Virus record (IMG/VR): IMGVR_UViG_3300014204_000112
Location: 1 to 64,000 of that record
Length of the DNA: 64,000 nucleotides
Source: a virus
Taxonomy: Duplodnaviria > Caudoviricetes
Reading direction: 5' to 3' (one strand)
A program made the position numbers and the translations under genes. The notes beneath the pieces are model-generated. The model worked only from the letters and a program-made list of their open reading frames with translations. It did no database searches and was not told the origin of the DNA. Shown here in pieces: positions 30,535 through 43,300 of this stretch. The stretch's first letter is position 1. Each line of letters opens with the position of its first letter.

Positions 30535-31656
30535 TTAGTTTTTCACCATGCAGGTATTGTGACTGCTTGTGATAGTGTAAATGGAGTTATCCACTCCTTC
30601 TTCTGACTTTGTCAGATTTATAGTAGAGCACTTAGGCCTGAAAACTGTGTCTGTTGAATTGTTGATGTTTCCAAAACGGAATGCATAAGCGGCTGAGTCT
30701 GTGCTCAGGGCAGCGATCGTTAATTCGTCTGTCGTTAACGAAGCAGGAGTAGTCCATGATGCTCCATTTATGTAACCTCTCTTATAAGGAGCGGATGCAA
30801 TTGATCCATTCATAAGATTTATTCCTGCAGCAGATGGCGTATTCGAAATTGCCGGCAAAAGATTGTAATCCACTTCAGATCCATCTGACTTGTAAATCTT
30901 ATTGATGATGATTGTAAATGTCTGACCCGCTGCTGGTCTGTTAGTTGAGCTTTCGTGCAGTAACAAGTAAATAGGGTTACCATAATTCGAGTACGTATTT
31001 GCAAACTTCAAGTCAACGTAAATGAATTGCGGATCGGTTTTTGAAAGTAACAGCTTAGCATAGGAATAAGTTTGCGTTCCATTGGCATTCATGGTAAGCA
31101 ACCTTGGCGAGAAGGATCCACCTGAATTAGAATAGCTCTGAGTTATTGCTTGCTTAGGAATTTCAACTTCTCCGTACAGCCTGGTTTTAATTGGAGTGGT
31201 TGAATCTCCGACATACAGTCCCTTGTCTGCAACAGTGCTAGTTGTCGGGTACGTGATCGTCAGATTGCTGCTGTCCGTTCCGATAACTATCGTTGGCACT
31301 GCAACCAAAGAGCCTGCTGCAGTTGCAATATTGCTCTTATTGAGAACCATATTGTCAACTGTGAATGTGGATACGCCAGCTGATTGAGTTAAGCTTGCAA
31401 TGGTCGATGCTCCAACCGTTGCCCCAGCTTTGAAGATTATGCTGTTGGACACAACTACATCCTGGGAGAATATTTTGTTTACTGGAGTATCAATGCCGAT
31501 GTACTTATTGACCAAGTCAATTTCCAGGACGTTAATAATATCCTCAACCTGAGTTTGCAGCAAGGTTGTGTTTGAATTTATGATCAGTCTCATGTCTGAG
31601 ATGAACGTCGCCTCCAGTAAAGGAGTTATCGCTAATGTGGTTGGAGTGAATGCCAT
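30535..31656 (-). CDS. Putative fibre/structural protein
   Basis: 373 aa, S/T-rich, preceded by ATAAATA at 31675-31681. Confidence 0.6.
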   Translation of the reverse strand: MAFTPTTLAITPLLEATFISDMRLIINSNTTLLQTQVEDIINVLEIDLVNKYIGIDTPVNKIFSQDVVVSNSIIFKAGATVGASTIASLTQSAGVSTFTVDNMVLNKSNIATAAGSLVAVPTIVIGTDSSNLTITYPTTSTVADKGLYVGDSTTPIKTRLYGEVEIPKQAITQSYSNSGGSFSPRLLTMNANGTQTYSYAKLLLSKTDPQFIYVDLKFANTYSNYGNPIYLLLHESSTNRPAAGQTFTIIINKIYKSDGSEVDYNLLPAISNTPSAAGINLMNGSIASAPYKRGYINGASWTTPASLTTDELTIAALSTDSAAYAFRFGNINNSTDTVFRPKCSTINLTKSEEGVDNSIYTITSSHNTCMVKN

Positions 31657-31674
31657 TGTTACTTTCTTTTTTTT

Positions 31675-31681
31675 TATTTAT
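31675..31681 (-). promoter_or_regulatory. Late promoter (ATAAATA)
   Basis: CTAATAAATAA in the intergenic gap. Confidence 0.65.
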
Positions 31682-31690
31682 TAGGACCCC

Positions 31691-34600
31691 TTAGTGGTGT
31701 GTCATTTCAAACTTTCTGGCGTCTAGTAGCTTTTCTACGTACTTATGGTACTCATTTACTTCCATCGCAGAAGCTACGGCAATGTCAGTAGTAACAGTTG
31801 AGACGTTTCCTCTGGTGTCCGTGGATTTTACTTCCAATAGATAGAGACCAGGTTCATCGAATCTCCATATAAAGTACGATGTTGTTTTTACTTTTGCTAC
31901 TGTCGTGTTTCCGAGGTAGAGGGTCCATTCGGTTTCCATGTTAGAAGCTAAGTTAGAAATCACGATGAAGACTGGATGATAAATTGGAACGACCATCGTA
32001 TTGTACGTGGCCCTCACGTTTACCATGTTCAGAGAGTTCTCGTCGTATGCCGATGGTAAATGACCAGTTTGAACGCCAAGAACATTATCGTATTCAACGT
32101 AACCTGCTTCGATCCAGTATCTTATGTCAGAAGCATTCGCTCCCTTATTCGTACGATACGAGATCAATTGATCTGGGAACGGGCAGTTCAGGAATAATAG
32201 GTCTTCGTCCAAGCTTAGATCTGCATTCGACAAAGTGGTCTGTATGCTAGCGATAGTTTCCCTATCGAAAACGTGAACTGGTTTTTCGAACGTGTAAACT
32301 GTGTCCACTATTGCCAAATCGAACTCTTCGAAATCGCCAATATCATTGATGAGGTCAATATCAACGATTATGTCATAATCTGATAGACCAATTACGTATC
32401 CTTCTGCGTATCCGCCGGAGGCATTCCTGATTCTCAAACGGTTTCCTAATGTTAGGAATGTGTTCGAATAAACGGTCGGGAATAACCAATTTGATGGGCC
32501 TGGCCATAATGGGCCGGATGGATTTGGAAATTCTTCATATGAATCGTCGGGCCATAATGATGGGCCGCTTGCTCCTATTCCAGATGGACCGATCCAATAC
32601 GGATCGCAAGATGGAGTTTCCCACCATGGTCCAGAAGGACCGTACCACCATGGACCGGAAGGCCCTGACCAGAACGGGCCAGATGGGCCGATCATAGCCG
32701 TTTGAACTAGAGCACAGATGCCCAATTTTATTTCTTTTGACGAGATGTCCAGGTCAATTGAACTCGGTAAGTACGGAGTAGCATTGTAAACTCCAGATAG
32801 GGTGTAAACGAACTTCAGGATCGAGTGATTCTGTTTGTCCTGGAACTTGGCAGTAGCTTTTACTCTATCTCCAATCACTTGATAACGATACTCTTTCCAA
32901 CCTGGTAGATCTGCTGATTCTAAGTAAGCAACCAAATCTTCGGGGGTCTGAATAAGAGTGAAGAATTCGATTGGATCGTATCCTCCGAACTGCATGCTTG
33001 TCAAGTAAGAGTCTGGACTGTCAATGAAAAGATTGTAAAAATCAATGTAGAACCCATCGATGTTGTCACCAACGTATCCCATTTCTGCGAACGTGACGAA
33101 CTTCATATCGTTCAATGTTGCTGGGGCGTAATCCGAAATCGTAGGTTGTCCGTTAGCTGCACCAGTTCCCCACCTGTTCTTTTCTGGGCGAGTGGAGATC
33201 TCATAAGGTTCGAAACCTGTCAACGGATTGTAAATCTTGACGTCGATTTGAGGACTACCTACTCCATAATTCATGGAATAGGTGAACCAATCGAGGTAGT
33301 GTGAATAAACACTCGAAATTGGAGCATTATCCCCATTTATGTTTATGACGGTTGCGAACGGCCTGTACAATGGGCTTTCTCCCAAATCTGCTATCGTAAC
33401 GTTGCTCAAGCTCTTGAAGTCGTATCTTGTCTTATCTTGGATCTTCACGAAAGCTTCAAGAACAGGTTCTTCTGACATCACCGTGATTTTCTTGTGGGCT
33501 GTCGAAGTTCCACCGTGCATGTCATGAACTTTCAAGTCTATGTTGTATTCTCCAGTGTGTGGAAGAATGTGAGGGATCTTATGGACGTTCTCCACCTTAT
33601 CTCTCCATTGGAAGTAGTAATTCTGTGGGCCAGTAATGATCCATTCGATCTCGTAACCGTTCTTGTATCGGATCATTCCTATCGTAAAATGAGTATCGAC
33701 TAAGTTTACGGTCCATCCGGTGCTAGTAGTGAATCCACTAGCAGTGTCAACTTGGACCTTTATTGTGTTTACTGGGTATCCAATTGGTGATAGTTCAGTA
33801 ATGATTCCTTCCATGTACGAAGATTGATCGATGTTCACGGTGATCTTCACACGATTTCCGACCATGAACGATTGAATCGTTGCACATCCAAAATACTTCG
33901 TTCCAGTTCCTATCGTGTTAAGGGTGGAAGATGTTGTGGCTTCAGTAAGAATGAAATCGCCGAAAGTTATTCCGTCGAAGTCCTGTAACTGAAGGTCAGG
34001 AATGTATGCTTCGAGAACTATTGGGCAACCTATCTTTGGAAGAGTATCATCACCGTAATCCAATGGGCTGGTTTCTCCCATGTGATAGTAATCGTAATGA
34101 TTGATGTCTGCATAAAATGCATACACTGCATCCATCAAGTAATCGATTTGATCCGGTGTGTACTTCTGTCCGTCCTGGTAAGGTTCAACTTGACCGAGAT
34201 TGTAAGTTATTTCTGGGAATTCGGAAGTTCCATCGAGTTTTGGGTATAATGTCTTTAGATCACGGATCTTCAAGTTGGTGACAACTGAATCCGGCATTAG
34301 AACTTTTACCAAGTAAGTGTCATTGATCTGAGAAGATTCTACGTAGGTAGTGTCATCCCAGTTCCTAAGGTTGAACTTGCTGAAGTAAATAAACTCTCCA
34401 ATCACGTCTTTAACCACGACATTGATCGGAAGAATTTCCTGCTTCAATTTATTCGAAATTCCGTGCAGCTTGAAGAATATTTCCTCGACGCTGAAATCGG
34501 TAGTCGATTCCACTTCTGGTAAACCGTCTTCGTCTATGTGATCACTAGCTACCGTGAATTCGTAGGCTAATGCCAGGAACTCTGTCTTCTTGAACTTTCC

Positions 34601-35467
34601 ACCACGTTTTATCTGGCCGTTAGCATCGACCAAATCTATCTGAGTTGAATCTCCGATATTCATGAGGTCGGTCACGTCTACCGTTGCGAACTTCTTGTAG
34701 TAAAGCGAATTTGGGTCGGTGTCCTGCCAGTATTCCCTTACTCTTAGTACGTCCTTGTACCCCAATAAGCTTAGCAAATTCAAAAGCCCCTTGTACGTAC
34801 CGACATACGGGTACACCTGATCAATACTTACTAGCAGGCCCTTTCGTGCTACGTTTATCTGTTGCCAGTCTGGGAGACCTTCTTTTAGGTCGTAATCCTT
34901 AAGCAACAATGCGTCTTCACGATTGAATTTTATGCCGAAGTTTTCGAGCCATATTCTGTAACGTTCGTCCTCGTCCTCGCCTTCCCCATAGAATGTCATT
35001 TCCAACACAAGGGTTGAGATAGTGGACGTGATGTAATACAGTTGAAGGACTCGAGTGTAAGATTTTTCCTGAGTCGGAGTGAATGCAACATTGATCTGTA
35101 TTGGATATGCAAGGTCGATGTTTCCTACTTGATTGAAATCGCTATGATTGATTGTGAGTGATTCCTGCTTCTCCAAGTAAATGGTGGAATCTGAGTGAAC
35201 GTCTTCTCTCTGGACTGTGAATAGGAAGAAGTTATCCTTTGCATCGCTGGTCACCCACTTTGCTTCGAACCTGGAGCCAGGTTCCATTTCCGGAAACTTG
35301 TAAACGTCGGGAGCTGTGTTCTCCAGCACGAATATGTTCGAACAGTCATAGAGAGCCAACGAAATTGGTAGAAAGTAATCTGCTCCTTCCCAGTAACCAT
35401 TACTGTTGTAAGTTAGGTTGTACGATTCGCCTTTCTTGTCGAAAAAAACTAAATTGCTAAGATTCAT
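31691..35467 (-). CDS. Baseplate wedge-like protein with PKD/Ig-like domains
   Basis: YVGTYKGLLNLLSLLGY wedge-like motif and PKD-like PHTGEYNIDLKVHD and FDEPGLYLLEV. ATG 35467 is preferred over TTG 35488 because the late promoter lies at 35490-35496. Confidence 0.55.
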   Translation of the reverse strand: MNLSNLVFFDKKGESYNLTYNSNGYWEGADYFLPISLALYDCSNIFVLENTAPDVYKFPEMEPGSRFEAKWVTSDAKDNFFLFTVQREDVHSDSTIYLEKQESLTINHSDFNQVGNIDLAYPIQINVAFTPTQEKSYTRVLQLYYITSTISTLVLEMTFYGEGEDEDERYRIWLENFGIKFNREDALLLKDYDLKEGLPDWQQINVARKGLLVSIDQVYPYVGTYKGLLNLLSLLGYKDVLRVREYWQDTDPNSLYYKKFATVDVTDLMNIGDSTQIDLVDANGQIKRGGKFKKTEFLALAYEFTVASDHIDEDGLPEVESTTDFSVEEIFFKLHGISNKLKQEILPINVVVKDVIGEFIYFSKFNLRNWDDTTYVESSQINDTYLVKVLMPDSVVTNLKIRDLKTLYPKLDGTSEFPEITYNLGQVEPYQDGQKYTPDQIDYLMDAVYAFYADINHYDYYHMGETSPLDYGDDTLPKIGCPIVLEAYIPDLQLQDFDGITFGDFILTEATTSSTLNTIGTGTKYFGCATIQSFMVGNRVKITVNIDQSSYMEGIITELSPIGYPVNTIKVQVDTASGFTTSTGWTVNLVDTHFTIGMIRYKNGYEIEWIITGPQNYYFQWRDKVENVHKIPHILPHTGEYNIDLKVHDMHGGTSTAHKKITVMSEEPVLEAFVKIQDKTRYDFKSLSNVTIADLGESPLYRPFATVININGDNAPISSVYSHYLDWFTYSMNYGVGSPQIDVKIYNPLTGFEPYEISTRPEKNRWGTGAANGQPTISDYAPATLNDMKFVTFAEMGYVGDNIDGFYIDFYNLFIDSPDSYLTSMQFGGYDPIEFFTLIQTPEDLVAYLESADLPGWKEYRYQVIGDRVKATAKFQDKQNHSILKFVYTLSGVYNATPYLPSSIDLDISSKEIKLGICALVQTAMIGPSGPFWSGPSGPWWYGPSGPWWETPSCDPYWIGPSGIGASGPSLWPDDSYEEFPNPSGPLWPGPSNWLFPTVYSNTFLTLGNRLRIRNASGGYAEGYVIGLSDYDIIVDIDLINDIGDFEEFDLAIVDTVYTFEKPVHVFDRETIASIQTTLSNADLSLDEDLLFLNCPFPDQLISYRTNKGANASDIRYWIEAGYVEYDNVLGVQTGHLPSAYDENSLNMVNVRATYNTMVVPIYHPVFIVISNLASNMETEWTLYLGNTTVAKVKTTSYFIWRFDEPGLYLLEVKSTDTRGNVSTVTTDIAVASAMEVNEYHKYVEKLLDARKFEMTHH

Positions 35468-35489
35468 GCTGATGGTGGCTCCTTTCAAT

Positions 35490-35496
35490 TATTTAT
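35490..35496 (-). promoter_or_regulatory. Late promoter (ATAAATA) overlapping the endonuclease stop codon
   Basis: GAATAAATAA. Confidence 0.6.
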
Positions 35497-36128
35497 TCAA
35501 GGCTACCAGAGTTATCAGATTTAGGTTTGCACCATCCTCCTTTGTTTGGAAGTCCCGCAGCTTTGCGACGAGCATGAGCATCTTTCGTTCTTTGTGACAT
35601 GATTTTCCTATGCTCTTCGGATTTCATTTTGCTCTGAAATTTCTCAGAACTCTTTACTGCCAGTCGGTTGTTTTCCTTATGCTCTTCTGTTCTAGTGAGG
35701 TTTTTATGAGATTCTGACATTTTCTTTTTGGTCTCAACTGATACAGGTGACCTATTGCTTCTTGCAATTATCAGGTTCTGTCGATGTTCGTTGCTCATTG
35801 GTGGCATTTTCCAACCAACTTTCATTTTACTACCATCGTAATTATTACCGCCATTGACTAAATTCATGCACAATGGATCAGATAATAGCGTTTCATTAAT
35901 TATTTCGATTTCTTTGTCAGTTAACGCTTCTCTAGATTCACAGAATTGTAAAATTTCAAGTGAGTGATTGGATTTTCCATATTTCCTAATTGATCTCCTC
36001 AATATTTTACCTGAACCCAGATACGAATCATTCAAGTCAACAGCTGAATGCATACCTATGTAGTATTTTCCAGTTACAGAACATGTAGTTTTGTAAATGT
36101 AATGGTACTTTTTTGCTTTACGTGGCAT
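35493..36128 (-). mobile_element. Free-standing GIY-YIG homing endonuclease (Seg-like) with NUMOD3-type repeats
   Basis: YIYKTT..TGKYYIGMH..YLGSG, plus basic repeats SVETKKKMSESHK and SEEHRKIMS. Confidence 0.88.
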
Positions 36129-36147
36129 ATTACGTTGATTTTATTTC

Positions 36148-36154
36148 TATTTAT
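36148..36154 (-). promoter_or_regulatory. Late promoter for the homing endonuclease
   Basis: TTGATAAATAG 20 nt upstream of the ATG at 36128. Confidence 0.6.
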
Positions 36155-36175
36155 CAACGGTTAGGTACAAAAAAG

Positions 36176-36595
36176 TTACAAGGTATAAATCTCAGAATCG
36201 CCAGTAAAACTCAGTGACACGAATTCGACCCTTTCTCCCTTTCCTATGTGCTTATGAATCTTCTTGAATTCCTTTGCGTACCCGTTCTTGACTATCTGCG
36301 TGAAATACGCAAAAGCATTGTTCGATTTTTCCTCGCTGAAGTTCTTCCAGTATCGTAATAGATCTAACAGGGCTGACTGGATGCAATCTTCCTCGTCTAA
36401 CGGATTTGAGAAGTGCAATCTCTGTACTGCCCTATTTGCCAGGAGAACGAAGTAATCAATAGCTTTGGGGGATAGTTCACCAGCTTTATGCTGGTATCCG
36501 GTTTCTTCGTTGAGGTGACCGTACTTGCACCGTATTATCTCGTTGGTGAAGTCTCGGTTGTTGATATAAAATTTGTTATCCTTTGCTTTGGACAT
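36176..36595 (-). CDS. Late-transcription sigma factor (T4 gp55-like)
   Basis: YINNRDF, EEDCIQ and NFSEEKSNNAFAYFTQI match gp55-family motifs. Confidence 0.85.
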   Translation of the reverse strand: MSKAKDNKFYINNRDFTNEIIRCKYGHLNEETGYQHKAGELSPKAIDYFVLLANRAVQRLHFSNPLDEEDCIQSALLDLLRYWKNFSEEKSNNAFAYFTQIVKNGYAKEFKKIHKHIGKGERVEFVSLSFTGDSEIYTL

Positions 36596-37265
36596 GGTCT
36601 TGTGGTTGTTTTAACGATTCATGAACTTTCAGAACCGCTGCGTACGCATCGATCATGTCCATGAATGGGGACTTAATATCTTGTCCCTTAATGATCAGAT
36701 CGACATACTGTTCCATAACCGCATGGAGTTGACTGTTGCTTCCGGGGGAGGGGATTGTCAGGAATGCACGACACACGTCGAATTTTCCAGCGTTGCCCTT
36801 TGCCCCAATCGCGTTCTTCAACTCGCCTGGTGAAAATATAAAGACTTTCTCTCCATGTCCCATCAATACCCTGTCCAAAATAGCTTTCCGCATCATGCCA
36901 GTAGATTGGCAGATGTCCAATAACGCATTTCCTTGAGCTCCGTACGATATTCCTTCTATTGCTACTATAAGTCTGTCGTCTCCGGCTATTTCTTCGTGCA
37001 CTGCAGCAACTAACGCGTCAACGAGACGCGAATAGTTCATTAGCTTCGAGCGTTCGATAATCGAGTAAGTTTCTTTTGATTTGTCTCGTGGCTCAAGGTG
37101 AATGAACCTGAAGTCTCTATACTCCAGTTCAATGTCGTCTAAGAATTTTCGGTAAATTTTTGGAATTGAGGTATTGACACACGCTATCCACTTGAAACTT
37201 TTGAAGTCTCTACTGATACAAACAGCTGGGAACTGAATCGAAAAATCTATGCCAATAACGATCAA
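36576..37265 (-). CDS. RuvC-like Holliday junction resolvase
   Basis: IGIDFS, AIEGISYG, SPGELK..GAKGNAGK and DMIDAY. Confidence 0.8.
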   Translation of the reverse strand: MIVIGIDFSIQFPAVCISRDFKSFKWIACVNTSIPKIYRKFLDDIELEYRDFRFIHLEPRDKSKETYSIIERSKLMNYSRLVDALVAAVHEEIAGDDRLIVAIEGISYGAQGNALLDICQSTGMMRKAILDRVLMGHGEKVFIFSPGELKNAIGAKGNAGKFDVCRAFLTIPSPGSNSQLHAVMEQYVDLIIKGQDIKSPFMDMIDAYAAVLKVHESLKQPQDHVQSKG

Positions 37266-37290
37266 TTTTCATGGTAATCATTTATCTTTA

Positions 37291-37316
37291 TTCTACATCA
37301 AATTTTTTTACGGTTT
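37291..37316 (-). promoter_or_regulatory. Early/middle promoter AAAC-N16-GTAGAA
   Basis: Near-consensus copy of a motif seen 8 times in the window. Confidence 0.55.
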
Positions 37317-37320
37317 TGAA

Positions 37321-37346
37321 AAACTATGTGGAGGATTAGTGTATAA
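37321..37346 (+). promoter_or_regulatory. Early/middle promoter AAAC-N16-GTATAA
   Basis: aaac tatgtggaggattagt gtataa. Confidence 0.6.
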
Positions 37347-37461
37347 AAAGGGTGTTGGGAGGGTGTAGATAAGATTCTAAGTACCTAAGTCTACTAATAT
37401 CAATAAGATATAAAATAAGATTACTTAGGAATCTTAGGACGGGCACGTACAAAAAAATCTT

Positions 37462-37487
37462 AAACCCAAATCACTAGGTGAGTATAA
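37462..37487 (+). promoter_or_regulatory. Early/middle promoter AAAC-N16-GTATAA
   Basis: aaac ccaaatcactaggtga gtataa upstream of 37506; overlaps TAATTTTG, a Bacteroidota -7-like element. Confidence 0.65.
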
Positions 37488-37505
37488 TTTTGAAAAACAA
37501 TCTCT

Positions 37506-38249
37506 ATGTTCACACAAGCACAGATTGAAAAATTCCTATTTTTCGACGTAGAAACGGCAGGATCAGCAAAGAATGTTGATCAACTGTCAACAACAATGTT
37601 AAGGCAATGGGAACACCGTTGCGAGTACTTAAGGGCAATAGCCGATAAGCATCCCGAGAATGCAGCCCTATCGATAGACGAGCTTTTTCAGCAAAAAGCT
37701 GGACTTCAGGCCGAATTCGGCAGGGTAGTCTGCGTGTCTTTCGGCAAGGTCAAATTCAAAGAAGACGGCACCCTCCTAGTACAAATAGTATCGTACGCAG
37801 GCGAGGATGAAGTTGAAATTCTCAAGCAATCTTTCAAGGTCATGAATGGAATGGCGAAGAACGGCGTGAAGCTTTTCGGCCACAACATCAAGAGGTTCGA
37901 CATCCCCTACCTCTGCAAGCGGGCTTTCATCAACTGTATCGAACCGGCCCTTCCTCTTCAGGTTTGGGACAAGAAACCTTGGGAAATTTCCGCCACAGAT
38001 TCATCTGAATTGTGGAGCTTCGGAGCATGGCAGGAAGGATTCACCTCCCTCGAATTGTTATGCACCGTTCTCGGACTCCCAACTCCTAAGGACGACATGA
38101 AGGGCGATCAGGTTCACGATAATTTTTATGTTGGAAACATCGAAGGCATCAAGACTTACTGTCAAAAGGACGTTATTGCCCTCATTCGTGTAGCTTTTCA
38201 GCTTTCCAGCCTAAACCAATTCACAGAATCAGATATAATATTCAAGTAA
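37506..38249 (+). CDS. Standalone 3'-5' exonuclease related to the PolB proofreading domain
   Basis: FFDVET, GHNIKRFDIPY and YCQKDV (DEDDy motifs). Confidence 0.85.
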   Translation: MFTQAQIEKFLFFDVETAGSAKNVDQLSTTMLRQWEHRCEYLRAIADKHPENAALSIDELFQQKAGLQAEFGRVVCVSFGKVKFKEDGTLLVQIVSYAGEDEVEILKQSFKVMNGMAKNGVKLFGHNIKRFDIPYLCKRAFINCIEPALPLQVWDKKPWEISATDSSELWSFGAWQEGFTSLELLCTVLGLPTPKDDMKGDQVHDNFYVGNIEGIKTYCQKDVIALIRVAFQLSSLNQFTESDIIFK

Positions 38250-38261
38250 TACGTAAACCAC

Positions 38262-40255
<1,994 letters not shown>

Positions 40256-40272
40256 GTCAACAGCCATCGACG

Positions 40273-40314
40273 AAGCGATGCCTGGACGGTAAACGTTCAG
40301 GCATTCGCTTTTTT
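40273..40314 (+). terminator. Intrinsic terminator after groEL
   Basis: AAGCGATGCCTGGACG...CGTTCAGGCATTCGCTT hairpin followed by a T run. Confidence 0.8.
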
Positions 40315-40350
40315 AGGACCAGCGATAGATAAAATAAAGGCGAATAGTTA

Positions 40351-43300
40351 ATGGAAGCAGCCGATTTCAAAGAACTTATAAGACAAGTACGTTGCGAGAC
40401 AACTTCAGGTTTGGGATTCACTGAAGTAGATTTGGCCCAGGTGAAAGCTTGCGTGGAACAAGTAAAACCTATTGAAGTCGTTGAATACGCTGAACCTACT
40501 CTGAACATTGCAGATTCAAGTTGCATCCCTGGAGCTACTGCTGAACTTCAAAAAATGCTGGAAGCCCAGCAGGGTCAATTGATCATTGGCATGAAGCAGG
40601 GAATATTAAGGGCAAAAGTCCAGGAACTTCGAGACAATCTCGATACGGTTAAACAGTACTACGATGCTAGGTTCAACCTAATGTCCGAGCTTATAAACTT
40701 ATCAGCTACTGGCGGAAGTGGAGCAGTAAATCAACGAATCCAGAACCTATCGGACCTTCCACCGTTAGACGGAGGCGTGCAGAACCTAATAAAGGAAGCT
40801 TTTGCCAAGATTTCGAATCAGTTGCTGGTGAATTATTCCAATTTTCCTACCAAACAAATTCCTTCTCGTACAGCTACCATCACTTTCCGGTTAATCGGTT
40901 TGAATGGAGTAACCGTAAAACTACCAAACATGCAGACCAATCAATTGGAAGATACTATAGTGAAGGTGTACGATAGCGAGTACTTGAACGTGAACGTCTT
41001 TGCCGATGTATCGTCGTTCGGTTTCGTGAATCAAGATCCTTACAATCCAACGGACAATAAACCTCTACCGAAGGAAGAGTCCGATTACGATACTTTGCCT
41101 GGGTTGTTGTACAACGGAACTCCTGGAATCGACTACGCTGGCCTTTATCGAAAGCTCTCAAAACCATTCACCTACTTGTTCACATTAGAGGAACGCGGGT
41201 TAACTCTAAACGAGGGCCTTATTGATCCAAATCTGAAGAAAATACAGGACGCTCCCACCTCCATGAAAGAAGGGGATGTGACCTACTACATACAGAGTCA
41301 ACAGACATACGAAACGTTCTATGGAAATCTTGAACAGGAATATCCGAAGCGAGTAAAGAAGGAAAAGGAAGAAATTTATCCATCAGTTTGCAAGTCTTCT
41401 ATTCAATCCATTGTTGAGCTCGCTCAGCGCGAGGTTGCAGAAATGTACAGGAGAAATCCATCGTACGAAACGTCTGTTGCCTTAAAATTCTATCGTAGCA
41501 GCAAGGAAGAAATCGATAAGCTCATCAAGGATACTGATGCCCAATTGAAAAAATTGGACGGTCTCGTCAAGGAGAACACGATGGACGAGGAAACGATAAA
41601 AAAGAAGATCCTCGGAATTCCGTGTTTCACCAAAGCTGGCAGCATAGTTCCAGAAACCGATCCATCGTGTGAGGGAGAAGCAAAGAAACATTTAGGAACT
41701 GACCCATTGTACTTAAGGACGATAAATCAATCGGGCGGAGATTACCCAGATTTCACGACTCAATGCTACTGGAAGGAATTCGCGAAGGCATTGAACAGGA
41801 TCTGCTTGCTCCCGTACCCGGATCTGAGTGGACCTCCGCCTTCCAATCTATTATTCAGGTACTGGCCGGTCAATTGTGTCATTCCAGCAGGTCCAGCACT
41901 CGTTCTGTTGACAGTTCCACCAGTATGGAAGCCATTATTCGTTCTTCCTACTCCGTTAGGAACTCTGGTATGCTTCCTAACGATGCCAATCGCACCAATA
42001 GGAATACCTCTCCCTTCGATCTACTTATTTTTCTTGGCTCCAGACGGGACCAAGTACTTGGCATTGGCTGTCAACCTTCCATTGCTGTACACAAACACGA
42101 AGAACTTGATATTCGGATTCGAATTGGACACCTCGTCCGCTTCACAGAATCCATTGGGCCTCAGTCCTACCAATGCTTACAGGGGCTATCCGATAAAGGG
42201 AGCGTACTTGACTCCGCTAAAGGTGAGTGCTTCAGTAGCGAAAGCTACCAGGCTTGCTAACTTGGCAGTGACGATAGCTAGCGGAGAGCAGCCTGCCATA
42301 GAAAATCTTAATGGAGAAAAGCTACCGTTCAACATATCTTACGAAGATTACGCTAACGGTTACTTGAGCGAGACTGAAATGATGCTAGGAATAGTGGATG
42401 CGGTTCCGTCCAAGGAATTCGATAGGACCGTAACGCAAATGAAGGGCCAAATAAACAAGCAGATCGATAAGTTGGGAGACATGCAGACTACTGCAGTTGA
42501 CTCGCTAAGGCAAAAACTGCGTAATGTCAGGGAAGCTGGGGTTACCGAAGCGGAAAAGGAAAAGGACTTGGCGACCAAGCGAATGGCAAAGAGGACAGCT
42601 AGAGCCCTGAATCCAATCACGATAGACGAGAAGATCTCCTCAGTAACTGACTCTTTCAACACGTACATCGATAACATCAAGTTCGGGACCATCCGTTTTC
42701 CAAAGGATGCGACTAAGAACAATCCAGGTCTACCAGAAGCATTGACTGCAATATTCGATCTGATAACTCTTGGTTCTGTTGGCGACCTGAAAATCGACGA
42801 AAGTGCTAAGAGCTTGAATGCTCAGATAAAGAAAGCATTGGCAAGGATAAACGTGGAAGCTTTAACCGCAAAGACGGAGTTCGATCTTGACGTAGCGGAA
42901 GACGTTGCTGAACTGAAAAGTACGTTGACTAAAATGGTCGATAAGTGTCTCGCTTATTTGAAAGGAGATACTGTCGATTTCGATTTGAGCACGGCGAAGA
43001 CAAAGGAAGAGGAACAGGAAATTCTCAAGTCGAGCAGAGCTATACAGGAAATAGCTAGGGATGCTTTGACTTTCACCGCTGTAGCGCTAACAAATCCCCC
43101 TAAGATAACACTTTTCGATTTGTCCAAGAAATGTTGCGAGGTAAAACCAGTCGCAGTGTTCTCCGGGGTTCCACCATTGGTTTCGATGGCATTCACAGTT
43201 CTTTCAGCTCTGATGCAAGCTATCATTGACGAACTATCGGTTGAAGCTATAGTTGGATTCGTCGGTACGAGCAGTAGGAAAATAGGAATATCGTTCGTCA

